Assembly (NCBI GenBank): GCA_029246995.1
Contig: JAQWMB010000027.1
Span: 40,922 to 104,921, forward strand
Direction: 5' to 3'
Origin: Dehalococcoidia bacterium
GTDB taxonomy: Bacteria; Chloroflexota; Dehalococcoidia; UBA2979
Length of the DNA: 64,000 nt
Part shown: in pieces, positions 56,953 through 64,000 of the stretch
Layout of the letters: each line of letters opens with the position of its first letter
How positions within the stretch are numbered: position 1 is the stretch's first letter
Translations under genes and position numbers: made by a program
The notes under the pieces: model-generated
Seen by the model: the letters and a program-made list of their open reading frames with translations, nothing else
The model's database searches: none
What the model was told of the DNA's origin: nothing

Positions 56953-58152
56953 CTAACTAATTTCTAACATTCTTTCCAGAGCAATTTTGGCAAATGCTTT
57001 GTCTTTTTCAGGGACTTTAATTTGGTTTACAACTTTGCCATTAGATAATGATTCAATAACCCAAAGTAAGTATGCAGGATGCACCCTATACATTGTACTG
57101 CAGGGACAGACAACTGAATCTAAACAGAAAATTTGCTTTTGTGGGTTTAATTTAGCTAGCCTAGAAACCAAATTAACTTCAGTCCCAACACCAATTATAC
57201 TGCCATCCTTTGCATTATTGACATAATCTGCTATGAATGCTGTTGAACCAACTGCATCTGCTTCTTTAACAACGTCTGCGTTACATTCAGGATGTACAAC
57301 TATATTAATTCGTGGATATTGACTTCTTGCTTCCTTAATTTGTGAAACAGTAAAACGTTGATGAACTGAGCAAAATCCATCCCAAAGTATAACTTTAGAT
57401 TTTCTAATTTTTTCTTCACTATTACCACCCAACTCTATATCAGGCCTGCGCCAATCCCATAAAGAAATTAGATCATCATTGATACCTAATTGGTGGCTAG
57501 TATTACGACCAAGATGTTGATCTGGAAAAAAGAAAACTTTATCTCCTCTTTCAAATGCCCACTTTATTACCTTATCTGCATTAGATGAGGTACAGACGAT
57601 ACCATTGTTTTGACCACAAAAAGCCTTTAAAGTTGCCGGTGAATTAATATAAGTAATTGGAATAATGTTAAATTGATCCTTAAATCTATTTGTAAGCTCT
57701 TTCCATGCAGAACTAACATCAGGTCTATTAGCCATATCAGCCATTGAACATCCTGCTTCTAAATTAGGGAGTATTATTTTTTGTTCATCATTGGATAAGA
57801 TGTCAGCAGCTTCAGCCATAAAGTGAACGCCACAAAACACTATATTGGGTGTACTATGATTATTAGCGGCATAAACTGATAATGCATATGAGTCACCAAT
57901 TTGATCAGCAAATTGTATTATGTCTTCTCGTTGATAATGATGACCTAAAATAATTAATTCATTACCCATATTTTTTTTTAATTTAGTAATACGATTGATT
58001 ATTTCATCTGGTGATAATTGAAAGTATTCTTTTGGTATTTCTTGTTGCCATTGGGAAAAAGATTGTTCTTCAGCAAGAGGTAAGGTTTCCATTTGCATAG
58101 GAACCTCACAATCAATTTTTTCTTTATAGTCTAAAATAAGTTTTTTGTTCAT
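56953..58152 (-). CDS. nadA: quinolinate synthase
   Basis: ILGHHYQ, GCSMADMA, VVHPEC, CPCSTM motifs; 399 aa long form. Confidence 0.93.
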   Translation of the reverse strand: MNKKLILDYKEKIDCEVPMQMETLPLAEEQSFSQWQQEIPKEYFQLSPDEIINRITKLKKNMGNELIILGHHYQREDIIQFADQIGDSYALSVYAANNHSTPNIVFCGVHFMAEAADILSNDEQKIILPNLEAGCSMADMANRPDVSSAWKELTNRFKDQFNIIPITYINSPATLKAFCGQNNGIVCTSSNADKVIKWAFERGDKVFFFPDQHLGRNTSHQLGINDDLISLWDWRRPDIELGGNSEEKIRKSKVILWDGFCSVHQRFTVSQIKEARSQYPRINIVVHPECNADVVKEADAVGSTAFIADYVNNAKDGSIIGVGTEVNLVSRLAKLNPQKQIFCLDSVVCPCSTMYRVHPAYLLWVIESLSNGKVVNQIKVPEKDKAFAKIALERMLEIS

Positions 58153-58169
58153 TAAATTACTTAACTTAG

Positions 58170-58190
58170 TTTGTGTACTACGTACGCAAA
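58170..58190. promoter_or_regulatory. candidate NrtR operator: 21-bp imperfect palindrome TTTGTGTACTACGTACGCAAA
   Basis: 8 of 10 arm positions pair. It is a locally GC-rich island in an AT-rich spacer, 18-38 nt upstream of the nadA ATG and 79 nt downstream of the nrtR stop. Confidence 0.4.
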
Positions 58191-58268
58191 GGTTTATATA
58201 TTAAGGATACATAAAATTAATTCTATAAATCAACTAAAATTACAAAGAAGTAATATATTTTTATTTTT

Positions 58269-58925
58269 TTAAAATAATGTCGGGACTTTGGAAATAAATT
58301 TATATAGTGCTGCTGGCCTATAAGCCCCACTTTTTCTAAACTTTCCATTTTGAATTATTATATTATTACTTATCATACTTTTTCTAAAATTACGTCTATC
58401 AAATTTTTTTCCAATAATTGCTTCGTAAGTTTCTTGTAATTCTCTCAGTGTAAATTCGTTTGGCAAAAGACTATAAGCAACATTAGAGTATTGTAGTTTA
58501 GATTCTATTCTTTCTAATGCTTTTTCAATAACTACTTTATTTTTAAATGCTAAGCTATTAATTTGATTTGCATTAAACCACTTTGGTTGCCATGTCTTTT
58601 CTGCTCGTAGAGTAACATCCTTTTCATTGACTAATGCAAAATAACAAACTGCTATGCTTTTTGGATTATAGTTATTTAAGCCAGAAATTGTAAATAATTG
58701 TTCAAGATAAACATCTTTAGCGCCTGTTTCTAATTGTAGCCTAGCTGTTGCTGTTTCTTGTAGTTTTTTTTCTCCTGTCCATGTACCGCCAGGAAGGGCC
58801 CATTTATTATCTTCTGGTTCAGCAGAACGTTTTACTAATAATATATTTAAATGCTTATTCTTTATTGCAAAAATAACAATTACTGTTGCAATCTCATTTT
58901 CATTTGCTTGTTGAATGGGCTGCAC
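58269..58925 (-). CDS. nrtR: NrtR-family Nudix-related transcriptional regulator of NAD metabolism
   Basis: Degenerate Nudix box GGTWTGEKKLQETATARLQLETGA plus the C-terminal winged-helix signature FTLRELQETYEAIIGKKFDRRNFRK. GTG start. Confidence 0.8.
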   Translation of the reverse strand: MQPIQQANENEIATVIVIFAIKNKHLNILLVKRSAEPEDNKWALPGGTWTGEKKLQETATARLQLETGAKDVYLEQLFTISGLNNYNPKSIAVCYFALVNEKDVTLRAEKTWQPKWFNANQINSLAFKNKVVIEKALERIESKLQYSNVAYSLLPNEFTLRELQETYEAIIGKKFDRRNFRKSMISNNIIIQNGKFRKSGAYRPAALYKFISKVPTLF

Positions 58926-58937
58926 TCCAATTTTATT

Positions 58938-60236
58938 TTAGATGATAGCTATTTCATTGCTGTTAGCAATGATGCCTTTTAAGGACCAAGGGCTTACTTC
59001 ATGAATATGAACATCTACAATGTCACCTAGTATATTTTCACCATTAAAGTGAACTAATTGATTGCTTGATGTTCTACCTGTACATTTGCCAGATTCTTCT
59101 TTTTCTACTAACACTTTGAAAGTTGAATCAATGAGCTTGGTATTTTTTTCTATTGATATTTTTTTCTGAATTGCTTCAAGTATTTGAAGCCGTTCTTTTT
59201 TAATTTCTAGAGGAATATCATCCTCGAGCTTTCTATATGCGTATGTTCCAGGTCTGGGTGAATAAGCTGCTATATGTATTTTATCAAATTTATATTCTTC
59301 AATTAATGCAATGGTGTCTTCAAATTCTTTAGTTGTTTCACCTGGAAATCCAACTATGATATCTGTTGAAATTGCTGCAGTAGGCATAACTTCTCTAATG
59401 TAATTTACTCTTTTTTTAAATTCTAAGATTGAATAACCTCTTCTCATTTTTTTTAACATTGATTCTGAACCTGATTGAACAGGAATTAAAAAATGCTCGC
59501 AGACTTTTTTACAATTGGATACGGCATCAATAATTTTTTTTGTCATATCAACAGGATAAGAAGTTAAAAATCTAACTCTATTGATACCATCTATTGTTTC
59601 TATTTCTTCAAAAATATCTGCAAGATCTGTTTGGATTGTATCTAGATCCTTGCCATAAGCTTCGACCGTTTGTCCAACTAAAGTGACTTCTTTTACTCCA
59701 GCTTTAGCTAGATGCTTAACTTCATGAAGAATTTCTAATGGTTCTCGAGATATCTCACGTCCTCTTCGAAGGGGAACAATGCAGTACGTACATATTTTGT
59801 TACATCCATGAATTATAGGAACAAATGCTGTAATTCCTTTTGGGGTACCAAATGTTTCTGGCCAAAATTCACCACTTGAAATATCGCTTTCTTCAATCAT
59901 AAGTTCAATAATCGGATCAAACTCTTGTGGCTTTGCCCAAACATCAACCATGGGAAATCTTTTTTGTAGGTCTTTATTATTATTACTAACCATACATCCC
60001 ATTACAGCTAATTTAAAATTGTGCCCATCTTTTTTTCTTTTTGTTAGATTTCCTAATTGACCGAATGCCCTTTCTTCTGCATGTTGTCGAACAGCACATG
60101 TATTGATAACAACCAGATCGGCATTTTCATCTGTTGCAACTTGCTGTAAACCAAATTTTGATAAACCAGCAGACAACTTTAATGAATCTGCTTCATTCAT
60201 TTGGCAGCCAATTGTAGATATAAAAAAATTGTTCAT
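58938..60236 (-). CDS. miaB: tRNA-2-methylthio-N6-dimethylallyladenosine synthase
   Basis: N-terminal CQMN, radical-SAM CNKICTYC, C-terminal TRAM domain; 432 aa. Confidence 0.9.
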   Translation of the reverse strand: MNNFFISTIGCQMNEADSLKLSAGLSKFGLQQVATDENADLVVINTCAVRQHAEERAFGQLGNLTKRKKDGHNFKLAVMGCMVSNNNKDLQKRFPMVDVWAKPQEFDPIIELMIEESDISSGEFWPETFGTPKGITAFVPIIHGCNKICTYCIVPLRRGREISREPLEILHEVKHLAKAGVKEVTLVGQTVEAYGKDLDTIQTDLADIFEEIETIDGINRVRFLTSYPVDMTKKIIDAVSNCKKVCEHFLIPVQSGSESMLKKMRRGYSILEFKKRVNYIREVMPTAAISTDIIVGFPGETTKEFEDTIALIEEYKFDKIHIAAYSPRPGTYAYRKLEDDIPLEIKKERLQILEAIQKKISIEKNTKLIDSTFKVLVEKEESGKCTGRTSSNQLVHFNGENILGDIVDVHIHEVSPWSLKGIIANSNEIAII

Positions 60237-60256
60237 AGTATTGTTTCTATTATTTT

Positions 60257-60350
<94 letters not shown>

Positions 60351-60442
60351 ATAATTAACCTATTTATTCATGCAAAAGGATAACATAGTTACATTTATTA
60401 AGAGAGAGTAATCAAAAGGTTTTTCGCACGAATGCTAAAAAT

Positions 60443-61327
60443 CTAAATTAGACCTAATTCTTTTAATACATTTTGTACTGTGATCCCAATATCTGATGGA
60501 GATGCTACAACGTGAGCACCTGCACTCTTTAATGCATCTTGTTTAGCCTCAGCAGTACCTGAAGCACCGGAAATAATAGCGCCAGCATGCCCCATTCTTC
60601 TCCCTGGAGGAGCAGTTGTGCCAGCAATAAAACTAATAACTGGTTTTGACATTAATTTTATAAATTCAGCAGCTTCTTGTTCTGTATTGCCACCTATTTC
60701 GCCAATCAATACAATGCCTGCTGTTTCTTGATCGGCTTCAAATAATTTTAATGCTTCTTTTTGTGAAGTACCAATTATAGGATCGCCCCCAACCCCAACA
60801 GAAGTTGATTGACCAATACCTAATCTCGTTAGTTGATCAACTGTTTCGTATACCAGCGTGCCTGAACGTGAAATAACTCCAATATTACCTGGCATATAAA
60901 CGTCAACAGGCATTATGCCAGCTCTTGCTTTTTCTCCTGGTGATAAGATGCCAGGACAGTTTGGACCAATCAAAACTGTATCTGGATAATTTTCAAGTAC
61001 TTGCTTAACAGTCATCATATCCAAAACTGGGACACCTTCAGTTATGCAGATTATTAATTTGATCCCAGATAAAATAGCTTCGATAATTGCATCTTTACAA
61101 AATGGAGCTGGTACAAAAATTAAAGAGGTGTTCCCTTCAAATTGATCTATGGCTTCTTTTACTGTATTACATATTGGAATTCCAGATTTTTCAGTTCCAC
61201 CTTTTCCTGGTGTAACGCCAGCTACAATTTTTGTACCGTATTCAATACTAATCTCGGCTTCTCTTGATCCAGCTGACCCCATTCCTTGAATAATAATTTT
61301 ACTTGTTTGATTTAATAAAACAGACAT
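60443..61327 (-). CDS. sucD: succinate--CoA ligase subunit alpha
   Basis: [21 protein letters not shown] (phosphohistidine) motifs. Confidence 0.95.
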   Translation of the reverse strand: MSVLLNQTSKIIIQGMGSAGSREAEISIEYGTKIVAGVTPGKGGTEKSGIPICNTVKEAIDQFEGNTSLIFVPAPFCKDAIIEAILSGIKLIICITEGVPVLDMMTVKQVLENYPDTVLIGPNCPGILSPGEKARAGIMPVDVYMPGNIGVISRSGTLVYETVDQLTRLGIGQSTSVGVGGDPIIGTSQKEALKLFEADQETAGIVLIGEIGGNTEQEAAEFIKLMSKPVISFIAGTTAPPGRRMGHAGAIISGASGTAEAKQDALKSAGAHVVASPSDIGITVQNVLKELGLI

Positions 61328-61338
61328 GTTTCCCTCTA

Positions 61339-62502
61339 CTAATTCTTTGAAGCTTTGACTGCGAGACTTGCGCCTTCTGCAAAGCCATCAGCTAATTTAT
61401 ATTCAATGCCTGATTCAATTAAGATTTTTTTTCCATCTTCGACATTGGTTCCTGCTAGTCTTATAACTGTCGATTGATTTATCAATCCATTCTTTTTTGC
61501 TTGAACAAAGCCTTCAGCAATTATATCTGTCCTTGCTAATCCACCAAAGATATTAATAAATATTGCTTTTACATCTGGATCAGAGCCAATAATTTTAAGT
61601 GCTGCTACTACAGATTCTGGATTATTTGCAGTCCCTATATCTAAAAAATTTGCTGGTTCACCACCTGAAAATTTAATTGCATCCATTGTTGCCATGGCTA
61701 ATCCAGCACCATTAACCAGACAGCCAATGTTTCCTTCAAGTTTAATATAATTTTGAATACCATTAGATTCTGCTTCAAGTTCTAAGTCATCTTCTTGAGT
61801 TTTATCTCTAATATTAAAAATATTTTCTTGTCTAAATGACGAGCTGTCATCTATGGAAAATTTTGTATCTGCGGCACTTAATTGTTTATCTTTTGTGGCA
61901 ACTAATGGATTGATTTCAATTAACGATGCATCATTTTTCACAAAAGCATCATATAAACCTGTCAAGATTGATTGTAATTGAGTCAATAATTCATCTTCTA
62001 AATTAAGATGAGCACCAATTTCTCTTACTTGGAATGACATTATTCCAATACTAGGATTAATTGATGTTTTTAGTATAGCCTGTGGATTTTGTTCTGCAAC
62101 TGCTTCAATATCCATGCCACCTTCGGGAGAAGAAATAAAAACAGGCCTACTTAAACTTCCATCAATTGTGAGAGCGATATAATATTCTTTATCTATATCT
62201 ATTGCCTCTTCGATAAGTAGTGAATTAATTGGTAGACCTTTATCACCAGTTTGATGTGTGACTAATTTTTGCCCCAGTAACGAATTTGCATAATCAATTG
62301 TTTCATCAAAAGAATGTGTTACTTTTACTCCACCAGCTTTTCCTCTTGCGCCCGAATGTACTTGTGCTTTAACGACAACTGGAAACTGAAGTTGACTTTT
62401 TATTTTATCAATATCAGAAATATTAAATATTGTATGCCCACGTGGTACCTTTACATTATTATGACTTAATATTTCTTTTGCCTGATATTCATGTAGTTTC
62501 AT
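61339..62502 (-). CDS. sucC: ADP-forming succinate--CoA ligase subunit beta
   Basis: [12 protein letters not shown] start, ATP-grasp, [18 protein letters not shown]-like motif ([17 protein letters not shown]). Confidence 0.95.
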   Translation of the reverse strand: MKLHEYQAKEILSHNNVKVPRGHTIFNISDIDKIKSQLQFPVVVKAQVHSGARGKAGGVKVTHSFDETIDYANSLLGQKLVTHQTGDKGLPINSLLIEEAIDIDKEYYIALTIDGSLSRPVFISSPEGGMDIEAVAEQNPQAILKTSINPSIGIMSFQVREIGAHLNLEDELLTQLQSILTGLYDAFVKNDASLIEINPLVATKDKQLSAADTKFSIDDSSSFRQENIFNIRDKTQEDDLELEAESNGIQNYIKLEGNIGCLVNGAGLAMATMDAIKFSGGEPANFLDIGTANNPESVVAALKIIGSDPDVKAIFINIFGGLARTDIIAEGFVQAKKNGLINQSTVIRLAGTNVEDGKKILIESGIEYKLADGFAEGASLAVKASKN

Positions 62503-62623
62503 GCTGCTAACCTTTTTATTTCTAAAGATGAATGCTATAGCGAGATTGTTTCATACTCAATATCAAAATTTATAAATTAAGAGATATAATATAAAATATG
62601 TTAATTGATTGAACGAAGGAATT

Positions 62624-63826
62624 ATGAAAAATCGACCTATGGAAGGAATAAAAGTCTTAGAGATTGCTAATTGGGTTGCTGCACCAAGCTGCTCAATGAT
62701 GTTATCAGATATGGGTGCTGAGGTTTTTAAAATTGAACCACCAGAAGGCGATGCCTTGAGAGGTATTCTGGAATCTCCTCCAATCCCGGGAGCACCTGGT
62801 AACTTAACTTTTTATCTAGATAACAGAGGTAAAAAATCAATAGTTATCGATTTTACGAAACCAAATGCTTTTAAAGCTGTACATAAAATCATCAGTCAAG
62901 TAGATATCTTAATTACTAACCTGACTGATGAGCGAGCAAAAAAATATCATCTTTCATTTGATGATGCAAAGCTAATAAAACCAGATATTGTATATTCTGT
63001 CATTAGTGGATATGGAACCACTGGACCTGATGCTTTTAGGAGGGGATTCGATTTTACTTCTTTTTGGGCTCATTCAGGCATCCAAGGATTATTAGGTGAA
63101 CCAGATGATCCCCCACCACCTAATAGGGGATCTCAAGGCGATCATATTTCTGCTATGAATTTACTTGCTGCCACTTTGGCAGCACTACGTCTGCGTGATA
63201 TTTCTGGTGAAGCGCAAAGAGCGGAAGTGACATTACAAAGGACCGGCATGTGGACAATAGCGGGGGATGTGCAAAGAACAATTTTTAGTAAAGAGCAACC
63301 AAAAAAGCATGATCGTCAAGAACCAAAAAATCCTATTTTTAATTCATACCAAACAAAAGATGGTAAATGGGTTATGTTTGCCATGGCACAAACTGATCGT
63401 TATTGGCCTCGTTTTTGTGACATGGTACAAAAGCCTCAATGGAAAAAAACCTATGCCAATATTGAGCAATTAATGAAGCATACGAAATTATTAACTACTG
63501 AGATTACTAAGTTATTTTTAGAAAAATATTTTGATGAATGGTCAATTTTACTCGATAAATTTGATATGACTTGGGCTCCAGTTGTTGAAGTGCCTGATTT
63601 GATTGAAAGTCCTCAATTAGATGCTATTAATGCATTTGCTGAAGTTAATGATCCTGAATTTGGTACCTATAAGACACTTAATGTACCTTTTAGTATTCTG
63701 AATAGTGATATAAAGCCACGTGGACCTGCGCCTCTGCCAGGCCAGAATACTGATGAAGTATTAAAGGCATTTGGTTTTACTTCTCAGGAGCTATCCGATT
63801 ATGCTGCAAATGGATTATTTGGGTAA
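62624..63826 (+). CDS. family III (CaiB/BaiF-type) CoA-transferase (third copy)
   Basis: GIKVLEIANWVAAPSCSMMLSDMGAEVFKIEPPEGD and C-terminal GQNTDEVL. Start is ATG 62624 or TTG 62609. Confidence 0.85.
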   Translation: MKNRPMEGIKVLEIANWVAAPSCSMMLSDMGAEVFKIEPPEGDALRGILESPPIPGAPGNLTFYLDNRGKKSIVIDFTKPNAFKAVHKIISQVDILITNLTDERAKKYHLSFDDAKLIKPDIVYSVISGYGTTGPDAFRRGFDFTSFWAHSGIQGLLGEPDDPPPPNRGSQGDHISAMNLLAATLAALRLRDISGEAQRAEVTLQRTGMWTIAGDVQRTIFSKEQPKKHDRQEPKNPIFNSYQTKDGKWVMFAMAQTDRYWPRFCDMVQKPQWKKTYANIEQLMKHTKLLTTEITKLFLEKYFDEWSILLDKFDMTWAPVVEVPDLIESPQLDAINAFAEVNDPEFGTYKTLNVPFSILNSDIKPRGPAPLPGQNTDEVLKAFGFTSQELSDYAANGLFG

Positions 63827-63827
63827 C

Positions 63828-64000
63828 TTATTTAATTTTTATTGCTTTTCCAGACTTATTTGATAAGTGAACTGCATCAATAACTTTTTGACATTTTAAT
63901 CCATCTAAAATGTCAGGGCTTTGTTTTTTTCCATTTATTCCAGAAATTAATTTATCAATCATTAAACCAAATCTGGGGACTACACTTTTTCGTGCAGCTG
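63828..64000 (-). CDS. C-terminal 57 codons of a gene running off the window; Gfo/Idh/MocA-oxidoreductase-like tail
   Basis: My own translation of the minus strand gives AARKSVVPRFGLMIDKLISGINGKKQSPDILDGLKCQKVIDAVHLSNKSGKAIKIK-stop (TAA 63830..63828). It is open to the window edge. The DGL...VIDA...S...G pattern resembles Gfo/Idh/MocA C-termini. Not in the ORF track because it is partial. Confidence 0.45.
   Translation of the reverse strand, partial: AARKSVVPRFGLMIDKLISGINGKKQSPDILDGLKCQKVIDAVHLSNKSGKAIKIK

Noticed and set aside
60351-60442. Promoter for tRNA-Ser and terminator for sucD in the 92-nt spacer
   Set aside because: TTGCAT and TAATTA-like hexamers are present, but their spacing does not fit a sigma-70 promoter. 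Only a 3-bp stem is available for a hairpin.

Overview
This is an AT-rich (about one-third G+C by eye), very gene-dense bacterial chromosome segment. Gaps are tiny and there are many 1-26 nt gene overlaps, including overlapping convergent stops at 31670-31673. I call about 67 protein genes, one tRNA-Ser(GCU), one clear rho-independent terminator and one programmed +1 frameshift (prfB).

Content in order:
- (a) 1-13.4 kb: a CoA-centred catabolic patch with two family III CoA-transferases, an acyl-CoA ligase, a DAO/LhgO-like flavoenzyme, two split MaoC hot-dog hydratase pairs, a crotonase and an LLM/luciferase-like oxidoreductase. Ion transporters are interspersed: NhaA, a CaCA exchanger and a TauE exporter encoded as two half-size genes.
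- (b) 13.4-16.7 kb: exported or envelope proteins (an SLT-like lipoprotein, a beta-propeller-like protein, an M50 protease).
- (c) 16.8-28.6 kb: a 12-kb aromatic amino acid supraoperon, tyrA-aroA-gmk-trpEGDCFB-[CPBP protease]-trpA-aroH-aroF.
- (d) 28.6-42 kb: scpA, ribF, tyrS, fabF-fabF-fabD, nnr, acpS, folD, prfB, an MA-type peptidase, a thioredoxin-fold protein and a CDP-alcohol phosphatidyltransferase.
- (e) 42-55.5 kb: the conserved Terrabacteria-style block rpsB-tsf-frr-uppS-cdsA-dxr-rseP-ispG-proS | nusA-infB-rbfA-truB on the minus strand, without pyrH, rimP or ylxR.
- (f) 55.7-64 kb: a zinc-ribbon protein, nadC-nadA-nrtR, miaB, tRNA-Ser, sucDC, a third CoA-transferase and a partial Gfo/Idh/MocA-like gene.

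I saw no rRNA, CRISPR array, transposase, integrase, phage gene or recognisable defence system. TTG starts are frequent (at least 10 genes). Synteny and the paralog families suggest a streamlined marine Chloroflexota (SAR202/Dehalococcoidia-like) or similar Terrabacteria genome; this is inference only.

I could not identify a convincing novel system. The best second-look items are:
- truB, which has no canonical start codon.
- The CPBP membrane protease gene wedged between trpB and trpA.
- The split TauE exporter.
- NrtR with a candidate operator in front of nadA.
- The crotonase translationally coupled to a zinc-ribbon/TM/PQQ-propeller protein.
- The mixed envelope/LLM operon.
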